From contig CM060731.1 in assembly GCA_030704615.1 (NCBI GenBank), positions 18,352,001-18,416,000 of the forward strand: a DNA stretch of 64,000 nt, read 5' to 3'. The notes beneath the pieces are model-generated. The model made no database searches and was not told the origin of the DNA. It saw nothing but the letters and a program-made list of their open reading frames with translations. Each line of letters starts with the position of its first letter. Within the stretch, counting starts at the first letter, position 1. This DNA is from Takakia lepidozioides. Its lineage: Eukaryota > Plantae > Bryophyta. This document shows, piece by piece, positions 24,701-38,200 of the stretch. The position numbers and the translations under genes were made by a program.

Positions 24701-27231
24701 ATTGCCCTCACCTTTCTGTCATCCATTTTGATCCCATCCTGTGTAATCACATGCCCCATGAACTCCACTTTTGTGACCCCGAATTTGCACTTTGAAGCTT
24801 TGGCATACAGCTTCCCTTCCCGTAATTTCTGACACCCTTTTGAGGTGCTCCAGGTGCTCCTCCTTTGTTTTCGAGTACACCAAGATGTCGTCGATGTACA
24901 CGATCACAAAGTCATCCAGCCACTCCTGGAAAAAGGCTGTTCATCAGCGTGCTAAAGGTCGCAGGTGCGTTGGTGAGCCCAAAAGGCATCACCAAGAACT
25001 CATATGAACCATACATTGTCCTGCACGCGGTCTTCTCCTCATCTCTTCCACCACTCGAATTTGATGATAGCTGGAGCGCAAATCGATCCGGCTGAAATAC
25101 TTCGCTCCTGCCAACCGATCGAAAAGGTCGTCGATCCTTGGCAAAAGGTACCGGTTTTTTATAGTCACCTTATTCAAAGCCCTATAATCGACACACATCC
25201 GCAGCATCCTATCCTTCTTGTCTGCGAATAGCACCGGGGCTCCGTAAGGTGACTTATTCGGCCGGATATACCCCTTTGACATTAGATCCTTGAGCTGAGT
25301 CTTCAGCTCGACCAACTCTCTGTGGCTCAACGGTAGGGCGCCTTGTCAGGCGGCTCCGATCCCGGTATCACCTCAATCTTGTGGTCAACTCCCCTTCGCG
25401 GTGGCAAGCCGCTTGGTAAATCCTCCGGCATCACATCCTGGTATTTCTCCAAGATCCCCTTGATCCAATCTGGGCTCGACTACCCATCCTCCTTTCACTT
25501 GTCTTACGTAAAGCAAAAATTGGGGTTCGTGTGGCTCCTCCACGGCCCACTTCCTTGCTGACAGAAGGTTTATTCGCCCTCCCACGGGTTTGGGCGTTTC
25601 CGACACTCGTAAAACTTCGTCACCATTCCCACACGGCAGCGTGACTACTCTCTTGCGGCCATCTATGACCGCTCCGGATTTGCTCAAAAAAATTATCCCC
25701 AAAATGAGATCCACTCCATCGATCTCGCAAATGGTGAAGTTCACACGTCCCTCCCAACTCCCCAGTTGAAGAGGAACATCGAACGCCAACCTCGTCACCA
25801 ATTGTGGTTCTCCTTTGGTAGAACACACCTCAATAGAGGCCCCCACGTCACTTGTCGGGAGCCCCAGCTTTCGTGTTGTTGCCGGTGTCATGAAGGAGTG
25901 CGACGCTCCTGTGTCCACCAACAACAACACGTTAGTTCCGGAAATTATCCCATCCACAAACAATAACTGACTCTATTTACGCAGGGCGCCAGTTTCCTGA
26001 TACAACTCACAAGAGTAGTTGCCTACCTTGCAAGTCTTGGCGACCACCGCTTCCACCAAGCGGCTGATGGAATCTTCCGACAGCTCTGTGGTTGCCCGAG
26101 TCATGTTCAATTGTCAGGGTTTTGCGCACTTCTTAGCCATGTACCCGGGCTCCCCGCAATTAAAGCACACTCCATCGAAGGTCGCCTTTTGTCCGCCATA
26201 AGGCGTCGCACCTGATTTTCCTTTCGGAGCATCGGGTGTCATCTTGGCGTGTGAAGGCCCTCCCTTTGATTTCCACGTGCCATTATCGCCGCGTGGCCTA
26301 TCCCACTTAATTTCCGGTCGAAAGGAGTCACCCTCCCGCCGGGTCTTCTTGTGGTTCAGCTCCGTACGGCCTTGTCTTTTGCCCCTAGTGACATCCGAGA
26401 AGCATTCAGCCCTCTCAATTGCCTCGTTCAAAGTCTTAGGTGGCTTCTCCTCCAACTTCCACTTGGCCTATGGGGCCAGTCCCGCCACAAAGTTGAAGAC
26501 CATTTCTGGTTTTGCCATGTTCGCGACTTCGAACAACAAGACATTGAAAGCCTGAACATATCCCCAAATGTCATCCGTTTGCTTCAAATTCCTCATCTTG
26601 TCCCGGGCAAGCGAGGACGCGTTGAGGGGCACAAACTGTCTCTTCATCAGTTCCTTGAACCCACTCCAGTTCAAGGTTTCCGGGTTTAGACCTCGGTCGT
26701 GAAGGCGTTTTTGCCACCATTGTTGAGCATAGCCCCTCAATTAGGTGGGAGCCACTTCCACCCGATCTTCGTCACTGAATTTGGCCGCCCGGAAGTACTG
26801 CTCTAGCTCCAAGAGCCAGGTGTTGAGTGCCTTCCGATTTTGGACGCCCTCGAAGGTGTCGGGTTCCTTAGGCTTCATCTTAAACTTGCCTTAGTGGAAG
26901 TGGCATTCGCCGCCTTCAACACGTCTTTCAACGTCCCGCCAAACTGTGCCAACAATCCTTCCCAAAAGGCTCTGGCATGGGATGCATCTGTTGGTCTGTC
27001 GGAGCTCTCAGGAATTCCTCGGGCTCCGACTCCTCAAATTCCTCCCGTTCTTGAGCGGCCTTGCTTTCAAAAGCATGCATTGCTTCCTCAAATGGCCGCC
27101 TCGGTGACACATCGCCCCCATCGGGCTCACCAGGATCATCACCGTTCCGCTTTCGCTTTGGCTTGCCCAACCCCATGATGAGGCCGATCCCAAGGACAAT
27201 CGCGTACTGAACTCTAGGCTCTGATACCAAG

Positions 27232-27958
27232 TGTCGCGCACCTCACTTCGGTAAGCTCCCCTTCGAGTCATAGTTACTTACTTTGATGCGCGCGCCTAAC
27301 TCCCAACCTGGCCGCCGGGCCAACTTGAAGCTTTTGGCTGTTTACCGGGACATAACGGTCCCCCTTTACTCTTCCAAAAGACCCTCCACCAATTTGGGCC
27401 TAGTGGAAATTCCCTTTTGGTAGATGGCAGTCCGGAATAGCTCCTCACTCCTTGGTCGCTTTCCGGTTCGCTCGCTTACTCACTAGTTTTTGGTCACCAA
27501 CGGGCTTGCACCGTTCTCGGGGTTACTACTCCCTATATATACTTATGTGACTGTCCGCGGGGGTTTCACAAACAACCATGTCATTTTATGGCGAACCACC
27601 ACGAAGACCCTCGATTCTCAGTGATGAGTCGCGGTGAGTCTTGGCCCACCCACCACAGCCCCATTGGACCGTGATGAGTCCCAAGACTCCCCACGACTCC
27701 CACCACAAGGTCTCCGCCCCATGGTGAGTCCTATGCCACCCCCACTAAGTCCCACTAAGCTACCACCACCCCTTGTGGAGCCACCCCCACCGCAACCCGG
27801 TGTGCGGGGCTCCACCTAGTGAGCGCCTCCGCCTCCTTGAGTGCCTTGGGCACTCAAGGGTGCTTCAGCCCCTCGTATCTATTGCTGCCACCGCCCCCAC
27901 CACGGGGGCAGCCCCTTTGCGTCCCGACCCCCTGCCCTCAAGGCAAAGGGCCGCGACA
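27232..27958 (-). repeat. 5' LTR of the chromovirus
   Basis: TG...CA ends, adjacent to the PBS. Confidence 0.95.
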
Positions 27959-29257
27959 CATACAAGCTGCAAAGAAGAGAAAGCGACATGCAAACCCCGC
28001 TCCTGCAGTCATGCCCAAGGGTCCAACTGGATCGGGCTTCTTCCCGGTGAGAATAATGGAGGCATGGGGCTCCTTTCCCTTCACGAAGCGGACCTGCAGC
28101 AGCTGGATGGTACCAGCCTGGCAGTCTCATTCTTGGAGTTGCACTCTTTCAAAAGCAGACCACTCATAGGCTGGGCACCTGGATCCACTTACGCAAGGGA
28201 AAAGGCAGCAATCTGCATCACCCCTTTGTTGTATGCTTTCATTGATGACTACACGAATTTCTTTTTGCCAAGTATCAAGCAAGGATTTCAATCAGCGTGG
28301 GTGACTGAAGCCATGGCGCTCCAGTATGGGGTGGGGAAAGAAAGAGACATCACACTCGCACTTTCAAAAGGCGTTCTCCATGAATTCTTTCCTAACCTTA
28401 ACCTCTCTTTGTCACACATACAACATGTTGGAATCATGGTGGAGAACAATGAATCTCATGCAGATTTGGCAATAATTCATGTGCTGCCGATTATTTGCGG
28501 GTCGGATCTGGACACATCAGGTGCTCATGACTCATGGCTTTAGGTGTGTAAGTACTTTCTGTCTTGCAGGGTTAAGGACCCCACGGAATGGGCTTGCAGC
28601 AGAAAAACCTTCGAGGAGGGGATTGGGCTGGTGGATGAGCACTACAAGATGTACAAGATGAAGGATGTCGCAGTACCCCAGCAAGAACCTAATTTAAATA
28701 GAGAATTGGTGTTGGTGGGCAACACCAACTTCAATTTCTCTTCCAGCGCAGCTGCAGATCATTCCATCACATTCCTGCTTCCGGAGGAGACGGTCGACTC
28801 CCCACCCCCGGTAAGCATGGACTCACATGCCTCCTCCTCTCCCCTCATTTTTTACGTACCTCGTGCTGCAAATGGTAAAAGGGTTTGGACCCTAATGTTG
28901 GACAGCCATCTCTCTTCCTAGCGAGTTCTCCCTGGCTGGCGGGATACTTCTGTCCTTCCTTCTTCCCCTTCTGCTCTCATCTTTCTATCACAAGCTTTAT
29001 CCTGCAACATCCATCTCTGCTGATCTTCTCTCAGCTCGCACGGACAGTGGAAATCAATTCATGCCTTTAAATTGAAAAAGCAAAAGGAAACGTGCCGAAA
29101 CAGTGTTTACCTGGCGGCTTCCAGCTATTCCTCTCTCGCTTAAAGGTCTCAAATGGGTTTCCACTCTGCCCATGTTGGATAAGCGCACTAAGTTCTTCTT
29201 TGACCCCATCTGGCCATCAAATCGTGTAGAACACACGGGCCTTTCTGTCTCCCCCAA

Positions 29258-32200
29258 ATGAATCTATCCCTTTGCTCTTGGAATGTGAGGGGCCTGGGCT
29301 CCCACCACTCTGCCCCCAAAAGGGCCAGAGTTAGAAGCTGGGCCTCCACATTTGTTAGGGGTTCTAATCTGCTATTTCTGCAAGAACACAAGTTAGATCA
29401 ATACAAAATTGCCTCCTTAGGTGCTTCCCTATGGCCCTCCGCCACTGCATTTTGGAACCCCACGGTGATAGATTTAAGAGGCGGCACAACTATTCTTGTA
29501 TCCCCTTCTCTCCTTCATTCCATTACTTCCAACGCTGTCTGGATCTAGGGTAGAGTCCAGTTTCTAGCTATGAATCTGGGTCAATCTCTTGGTGAAGTAG
29601 GGCTTCTAAATACCTATGCCCCCAATGGGGAGGAGGAAAGAGTTCTTTTTTGGAATCAGATCAGGGACAAAATGCTGCAGCACCCGCACATCCAACACTG
29701 GCTCATAGGAGGAGACTTCAACATGGTGGAAGAGGAGACAGATAGGCTAGGAAGGTCAGCTCATGGGCTCTCCACAGCGGAAAAGTACTCCTGGGATGTG
29801 ATGTGTCTCTCTGTGGGTCTCCTTGATGCAACTACTCCACGGCAGGATGACCTGCAATTCTCTTGGAGCAACAACATGGACCCGCCTAATCTGTGCCAGG
29901 CGCGCTTGGATAGATTTTATTGCTCACCTACTCTGCTGGCTTGGACCATGAGCATACTACAACCAATTTTACCGGAGTTTGATCATGCAGCTGTTCACAT
30001 CCTCCTCAATGCTCCAGGGTATAGGTTGAAGGGCAGAGGTTTCTTCAAAATGAATCCGTCTATTCTCCAAGTCCCAAAGGTGGTTATCGCCCTACAGAAG
30101 GCATGGACCTCAGCACTTATCCCTTACACCTCCCCCACAGTGCGGTTCCTGGAAAAGCTGGACATGCTGAGAAACATGTGTAAACAAATCTCGATGGAAA
30201 AAACAGTGGAAAACGGCAGAAGGCTGAAAGCTCTGACAAAGTGCTTGGAGGTATGTCAGTTCCAATTACAGTCTGGACAGGAGGACCCTCAGACTTTGGT
30301 TTCTTACAAAACAGCCAAGAGGAACCTCTCTTTGTTGCTAAACGGCAAAGAGCAGTTCATGAAGAACAGGGTTGGCCTTAAAGGGGAAAAGATGACCAAG
30401 TATTTCTTTGTAAAGGTAGCGCAAAGACGAGCCGCAACGATGGTTCCAGCTCTGAAAGACTCAGCAGGTCAAACCATTGACAAACCAAAAATCATGGCTT
30501 CAATAGCTGAAAGATATTTTCACACTCTGTTTGAAAGGCAGCAATCAACAGAGCAGAGGAAGGCAGCCACTGAAACCTTGTTACATCACATTCCGTGTTC
30601 TCTCTCTCAGTCCAATAAAGCCAGCCTGGCGGCCCCTTTCACCGCTAGGGAATTGGGTCAAGCATTGAACTCCATGGCTTCTCATAAATCGCCTGGTCTA
30701 GACGGACTTCCGATTGAGCTGTTCAAGGCATTGTGGCCAGCTATTGGTGAAAACTTCCTAATGATGGCGATTGACATTCTGCAGAAGAAGATGATGCCCT
30801 CACAGATGTTGCAAGGACTTATCACCCTCATTTTCAAAAAAGGAGACAGGGAAGACTTAGCAAATTATCGCCCTATCGCCCTATTGATTGCACATACAAG
30901 ATTATTGCAAAGGCCCTTGCCTTGAGGTTACAACCGTTGCTGCCAAAGATCATTAGGAAAGAGCAGACGGGTTTCCTAAAGGACCGAATGATCCTTGACA
31001 ACATCCTTCTGGCCCATGAAGCCCTTCACAGAGCTGAACTCAACAATCAACCGCTTGCATTTTTAATGCTCGACTTTGAGAAGGCGTTTGGTTCCATTGA
31101 CTGGAGTTTTCTGTTGGGGGCTCTTCAAAGAACTGGGCTGGAGGGGCCCTTCCTGGACTGGGTTCACATTCTACTACACTCAGCGTCAAGCAAGGTTATG
31201 GTGAATGGGGTGGTTTCCAAGGCTTTCCCAATATCCAGATCTGTGAGGCAGGGCTGCCCCCTGGCCCCGTTCCTCTTTCTCATTGCGGATTCGCTTGGCC
31301 ATTTGCTGGAATCAAGACATGATATTCTCGGTCTTCAACTACCCACCCTACATACTGAAATGCTCAAGCTGTCCATGTACGCAAATGACACTTGCCTTCT
31401 CCTTGATAACTCCACACGCAACAACGTTGACAGGGCACTTCAGGCCCTTCACACTTTCTGCCTAGGTTCAGGGCTTAAGGTCAACTGGAGGAAATCTATT
31501 TCTGTCTCTACTACATTGTGGAGCAGGCACTGCTCACTGTCAAGCCTGGGGAGCTGATCTGGGCTTAAACTGGCTACAGGAAGGACAGACTCATACTCTG
31601 CTGGGTCACCATATAGGCCTAAACATGTTGCAGCAAACCACATGGAAAGCAGTGATCACAAGATTCAAAAGAAATATCGCTTTCTGGTCTGCAGCCATGC
31701 TATCAATTGTGGGAAGGGCACTAGTGGCAAACCAGGTGCTTTCCAACTCTATCTGGTATGTCGCGGCGGTGTGGGATCCAGACAAGTCCATGGTCAAAGA
31801 AATTAAGGCCCTCTTACGTAACTTCATATGGGGTGCCACTGCGGCGGCACCTGTGAGAAGAGCGTCGCTCTCCTGGGAGCAGTTGTGTCAGAAGAAAATA
31901 CAAGGTGGGCTAGGCAATATTGACCCGGCTGCTCAGATCAAGGCCTTGCTAGCAAAATGGATTCCAAGGGCAATAACACACAGGGATGCACCATGGAGCA
32001 AGCTCATTCAACCTTACTTGATGGGGTCCCTACCCACACCTCTCATCTCTGGGCTCAATCACTAAGATGGATTGTTCAAGGCAGAAACGCCGCAGTCTCA
32101 TTGGGCTCTAGACCCTGGCAGTCCATCTGGAAAGCATGGCATTGCATGAGAGGCAATCTCACACAATGAATGCCAGCAAACAAGCAAGAATGCTTGCGGC

Positions 32201-33504
32201 AACCTTTGTTTGCCAACTACAACATGGACTCTAGAATTCTACTTACCCAAAGCCCGAGATGGGCTTCATGGGAAAGACAGGGTTTCACTCACATTGCCAA
32301 TATGCGGTTGGATGGTCAGTTCATGAGTGAGGCAATGGTGGCTGAAATGATGGGTCGGAGGAGGGCCAGGGCCTGGAACATCATACTTGCCAATGTGCCG
32401 CAATATATGAGCCCCTTGCTTGATGAAGATGACCACACATCCAAAACCTCTGCTTGGATGGCATCTTCACAAGGGAATCACATTCCGGTCATGCTTGTTA
32501 TGTCATCTACATCTATAGAACTGGTGGTGTCTGGTCTAGGTTTCTTGGCTGACCAGGAAGGGCATCTCACATATTCAGAAAGAGTGGAGATGAATCGGTC
32601 TTTGCTGTTCCACATCAGGGTGCTGGATAGCCTCGAAAATCCCAACCCCATGCTTCCTCCGGGTTTGGAAGCTCAATGGGCTTGACAAGAAACTCTAACC
32701 TGGTTTCTCAAATGCCCCTTGACTGATCTGCAATTTGACCCGGCGGAGTGGAGGTGGATGGATAAGAAAAAAACACCATTTTTTTCCTACTCTGTCAAGA
32801 AAGGTTATGCTCTCATCAACCCCCCGCGCTCATTCAAAAACAGGTGATCCAGCAAATAGGGCAGCCTGCAACTTGGCCATATCACATGGAACAACATCTG
32901 GAAAGACATATGGAGGAAGGACAGACCATCCAAGCTATCAGGTTTCCTCTAGAAGCTCGCACATAGGATCCTCCTTGTCAGATAGAAGACACATGAGGAT
33001 GATCCAACTTGCACTCTCTGTCATGCAAACCCAGAATCTATTGAACACTGCTTACTGCTCTGCAATATGTCAAACAGAATCTGGAGTTTGGTCATCGGTT
33101 TCTACTCTCATTGGGACATCTTTCCAAACCCTCCTCCCCAATCTCTGCTTCTGCTTAATTTTCTACCTGGCCAGCCAAAAAGTGTCTATCCAGTTTAGGC
33201 AGCTCCTAGAGCTCTTACATTATGGAATTTGTGGAAAAGCAGATGTGCTTGGGTTTTTGAGGGGAAACCCCCCAGAGGCAGATCAATATTATTTCATACT
33301 TACCATGACCTGCTTACTGAGGGGAGAAAAGCATGGTTTACTGTCTGTGCAGCTCTTCCCAGAACTTTGGAGCAACGGGGGCGGAAGCTGCTTCAAGACT
33401 TCTATGATTCTTGGGGAAAAAGCAACAAGCTCGGCTCCGGTGTTTCCAACACTCGCTTTACCTGGCAACAATCCATCCCCCTGCAATGGGAGGTCCCCTG
33501 GTGA
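29258..33504 (+). pseudogene. LINE ORF2 (APE endonuclease, reverse transcriptase) with stops and frameshifts
   Basis: SWNVRGL, LFLQEHK, YAPN, GGDFN, RLDRFY, KSPGLDG, NYRPIALL, LDFEKAF, RQGCPLAP, YAND(T). Confidence 0.9.
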
Positions 33505-34099
33505 CGGGGAGGAATCAGAATTCAATTGGCGTCATAATCGAGCTAGAGACACTAAATCCAGAACTCAGCTCAAGTTCTGATTTTATTACCTGCGGCTCTG
33601 CTACGAGGCCTCCTTTTAGAAAGCCCTTCACACAAGCATCAATATGTTGTATGTGGGCTACCAAGCAATGAGACCCCAACAAGGCCACCGCTTTAGACGC
33701 CTTGAGATATTGAAAGTTGGTGAACAGAGGTGCAAGGACTATGTTCTTGATGGTCCTGAAGAGGGTCGCTCTCTGATGAGAATACCCCGGACTTGTATCA
33801 GAAAATGGACATTGTCTTCAGGCCACCCACACCAGTGAGCATTGACAATCTCCCTTTCCTCTCTGCATCTGTTTATTGTTCAAAGGTAGACTCCCCATCC
33901 TGAGGTAAAATTTTCAGTCTAGTGCCAAGGGTAGGTCTGCCCTTCAGATCATCCTCAAAGTCCTCACCCATGTCACAAACTGGAAACGAGTTCAGGGAAG
34001 TTTATGCCTAACATTGTTTTGTTCTGACATTCTTCATGCTTTTGACATGGCCTTAGACACTTCAGCCTCCACGTCAGATTCATCTAGCAGGGTGAGTTC

Positions 34100-35240
34100 T
34101 TCCTTCCTAATATTCAGGTATTTATCATAGGGTCGCTGGTATGAGGCATGCGATTCAGCTGACTGTACCATCTGACCTTGAACTCATCATGTTGAGAGGT
34201 CAAGGCTGGTACTCCAAACTCGCCCTGAGCAGCCACGTCAGTTGTTCTACAGCTTCTGGGGTCAGGGGAAAGATATGGAGGATGGTTCACAACCTGCATG
34301 CGAACACCAAAGCTTGTGTTGTGGTCAATAGCGAGAAGTCTAATTTCTTTGACATTGACCAAGGTGTAGCTCAAGGTTGTACCCTCTCCCCGCTGCTCTT
34401 CAATGTTTTTGTTTATCAGCCCCTTAAAAATTAGGAAAGCAAGAGATTTGGGTTACAGGTGGGTGATGCCGCCATACCAGCACTTATGAAGAGATCAGGC
34501 CTTATCAGGCCTTGGAGTACACATCTGCCGTGTGGGTTGGCCAACTCCAATCATGCTAAAACTTTAGAATCCATTCAGCTTTTGGTGCTCAAAGAGAGCA
34601 TGTCAGCGCGTGCACCATAAGATGTCAAGGAAGGAAACCTTTGTAGAAGGAAGGTGTCGTTCTAGGACAGAGGTTTCCTTAGAGGTTTCTTTCTTTTTTC
34701 CTTCCTTGAATAGGCCAGCTCAGGGACATGGTTGACACAGCCCCCAGGAAGCCTGCCTCACCTTCATGGAAAACACTTCCAGACTCCAAATCAACCTCAA
34801 GATGGGTGCTTATTATCCTACAGAACAGCTTGCAAAGTGTGGTAAGAAGTGTAATGCTACGGTAGTTCTTAGGCTGTCATCTGTCACCTCAGATTGACAC
34901 TGACACCCTCTCTCCAGCGAAAGGGTATCATTTCAGTCTTCCAAATAAGGTCCCAGAGGAGTGCAAGGGCATCTACCATATGATCACACCAGGCTTGACA
35001 ATCGTATCAGACACACCAACTTTATAGCCCTTTAGATGTTCTATTGCTTCAGCAATCTCAGAAGAACTAATGGGCACGTTGTACCCCTTTGTGATGCAAT
35101 CCATTTTTTCAGGGTTGTCTTGGATTGTAGACAGTCATTTCCACTGTACCCTTCCATTCTTTAGAAGACTCCTCACTGTTATAGGTAGGTCTGACTGATA
35201 GGGTCTTCTTGCATAGGCCTTTGGGCTTTGCTTACCCACT
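34100..35240. pseudogene. Fragments of a second, different LINE reverse transcriptase, partly inverted
   Basis: Plus strand GVRGKIWRMV...GVAQGCTLSPLLFNVF (34141-34434); minus strand VPISSSEIAEAIEHLK (~35030-35080), an upstream RT-linker motif. Confidence 0.6.
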
Positions 35241-35299
35241 AGGTTTGCCATCCCTAGTAGTATGGTGGTATTGTTTCTCATGTTTATGTTGAGCAATGT

Positions 35300-38200
35300 G
35301 TGCAGAGTTCAGTAAAAAAAAGGAAGGGAATTGCAGGGAAGGATGCGAACGAGCATAAGTCTCTTACTCCAGCAAAGTGTGCACCAACTATTGCGCCAAC
35401 TGCTGTGATGAGTGGCGCAGTTGTTCCAACTTACGAAAAACCAGCCCCGCCCACTCCACAGACTGACGTTCCAGCTCCCTTGTATCCACCAGTATCGGCT
35501 CCTCCCTCGTATCCGCTTATGTACCCGTAGTATCCTGCCATGTCAGGGTATAATCTGCATGGGCACATGCCGTATCCTCACTATCAACCTGCAAACAATG
35601 ATCCTCGGTGCCAGAATTACAATTCTTTTGCTCCACCTGCAGGCGCTCCAATGCATGATCCTAGTCAAGGTGGGTATTCCATTTACCACCATTATGGAAT
35701 GCATCCCCATAGTATGTATCCTCCTCGGCCTATGTACAACCAACCTACTTCCTCCCTCTATCCTACCAACCCTGCAAGACCACACCAGGGGCAGGTCCAG
35801 TATGGTGGCCACCAACCTTCAGGATCCAACTACAGTGGAGTACAACAGTCGGCACCTTCAAGCTTCACTGCACTGCGGCCACCTCTTTATCCAACATCTT
35901 CAGGTACACCTAATACCCTGAAAGGGAGGCATTCTGAAACAGACCGAGGATGCATTTGCTCCGCATCATCCTATGGGGTGGGAGACAACATTCCAGCCCC
36001 AACAAAGTGAAGGTGGTAACATGCAAGGTACTGCTGAAACCTTGCAGGATTCCAGCCTTACTCCTGGGGGGACATCAGGTGTGACTCCTATAGAACGCAA
36101 AAATGCTTTAAGGAGGGAAAGAAGGGCACTTGCAAAAGATCTGAGAGACCAGGCTGCTCAGAATGTGGCTGTAGGGAGGAGGAAATTTTTCATTTCTTGT
36201 GATGAACTTGGAAACCCTAAAGGTCCTGCTCAGAACCAGTGGATGACAGCTCTGCGAGGGCAGTGTCAACATTTGTTGGACTGATCATTGTATGCTCAGG
36301 ATCAACCATTACACTTAATTGAAAAGATCATGGAGATCTTGGCTTCAGATTGGGAATACAGACCTCCTGGTCTTAACATAAAGGTTATTACAAAAACAAT
36401 TTGCGGGCAGCTCAAGTACCAACGAAATAAGCTGTTCAAAATTTACTATAGTGTGGGGCTGCCCAAACCCCATCATGTGCCAGACAAGACATGGGCACAA
36501 CTAGTTGTTAGTTGGGGTTCCACTGATTTCAAGAAATTCCAGGCAAATGGTGTCAAGGCGCGGGGATGTGTGAAGAATACATCTCGATCGGGTCGCAGTG
36601 GAATCATCGGTGTTGTAGCACGACTGGTATACTTCTCTTACAACATAGGAAGTTCCCACATTGTTTTGCATTGACAAACTTTATGTGTTGGGTTTTTTTG
36701 GATGGAGCTCAGAGTCTATTCCTATATGGATGGAATTAGTACACATTGCTACTACTTGGGGGCCTTCTCAGAGTTGGGCGCCAGCAAGAAACTAAGCACT
36801 CTTATTGAGGGGGAGTCATTGACGCTATCCTAGATAATTCTTTACTGGTGGCAGTGTGCTATGCTAGTCATTTACACTTGCAAGTTTGTTGCAATCACAG
36901 GAGAAGGAGACTGGACGTACACCAAGTTTGCAGGAGATCGCCGGTAGCGCCAGGAGTGACAAAGGCTACGGGTCGGGGTGTACAGGCAGTGCAGCCACAA
37001 CGGTATATAAACTCAGTACCAATTCTGGTGTGAATTACATATTCGTGATTTCCATGCCATTGCTCGTTGCCGTTTGGTTCTCTTTTCTTACTAGTTCATC
37101 AGTCAGTGTAGTGAATTGTTACTTTGGAGGTGTTCTATGTGATGGGGCAGGGAATTGGTTCACTAGCAGCTCGCCTCGATGCTATGGAAAACAAACAAGT
37201 GCAGATGGAAGCCAGCTCCAAGGCAGCTTTGGAAGCAGTCCAAGTCCAATTGGAGGCAGCAGCTGCATTCAACATTACGCTCGCAGCTAAACTTGGCATG
37301 AATGTGCCATATTCACAGCCTACAAGTCCACCATGCACCACCTTTGCGCCACAGACAACAAATGAGACTATTTCTCATGTTATGGGCTCACCACTCAACC
37401 TGTTCAAGGCAGTTTCTTCACCGCCACCAAAGCCAAACACAATAGGCTCATTGTTTGGGCTTTCAGAAATAGAGAGGGATAATGACATGGAGGGTTGGTT
37501 TGAAGGTGAACTCAATCCATCCCCCCATATTGTTGAGGCAACTGCAAAGTGTTCATCAGTTTTGTTGACCCCTACACCAGTAGCACTGCCGGCATATGTA
37601 CTACCATCTCAATATGCCTGTGAGGTCTCCATGAATTTGCAGAGTGCCCCACAGAAAGGTGTGTCTTTTGTACATGATAATCATGTACAAGTTGTAGGTA
37701 ATTGCCCTTCGGCAACTGAGAGGCAGAAACACGTCCTTATACTTGACTTGAATGGATTGTTATGTGAGAGCAGACTACGAACAAGGGAATACCTAGAGCC
37801 CACTGTCACCTCCAGACCTGGGTGTCAGGAGTTTCTGGACCGATGCCTTCAGATTTTTGATGTAGGTGTATGGTCTTCCGTGTCATTGAGTAATGTCCTT
37901 CCAGTTGTGAAAGCTTTGTTTCGTGGGAAGCAACCAAAGATGGTGCTTCACCAAGACTATTGTGACCAGCCTGTGGGAATGGTGGACCCTTTCAATCCTT
38001 CTAAAACTGTCATGTACAAGAACTTATGTAAGTTTTGGAAGGACTACAGCCATTACAATCCAACCAATACTTTGCTAGTGGACGATTCCCCACTCACTTG
38101 CTTACCCAACCCTGCAAATAATTGCATCTTCCCGTATCCATGGAAGTTGAGGGATCAGCCAAACTGCAAGAGGCTTATGAAAGAATTACTGCCTTGGTTA

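Larger units (their letters stand above)
21194..27958 (-). mobile_element. Full-length Ty3/Gypsy chromovirus LTR retrotransposon (degenerate gag-pol)
   Basis: TG...CA LTRs at 21194-21736 and 27232-27958, 5-bp TSD CATAC on both sides, PBS TGGTATCAGAGCC (tRNA-iMet) at 27217-27229. Gag CFNCGEPGY, protease LVDTGAS, RT YIDD, RNase H, integrase and chromodomain EYEVEAVL...YLVKWKGY. Confidence 0.95.
19948..28921 (+). pseudogene. LINE ORF1 (DUF4283-like region plus CCHC knuckle), split by the Gypsy insertion at 21194-27958
   Basis: MGRGFYAILFSS and CFLCNAEDHVKADC. Removing the LTR element and one CATAC restores the frame (...VGDIQAAKKRKR). Confidence 0.8.
19540..33600 (+). mobile_element. L1-type LINE retrotransposon (degenerate, interrupted by an LTR element); ends approximate
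   Basis: ORF1 with a zinc knuckle followed by ORF2 with APE endonuclease, RT and a C-terminal Cys/His motif. Confidence 0.85.

Noticed and set aside
32735-33580. Independent 281-aa gene
   Set aside because: Alternative frame over the frameshifted 3' end of LINE ORF2.
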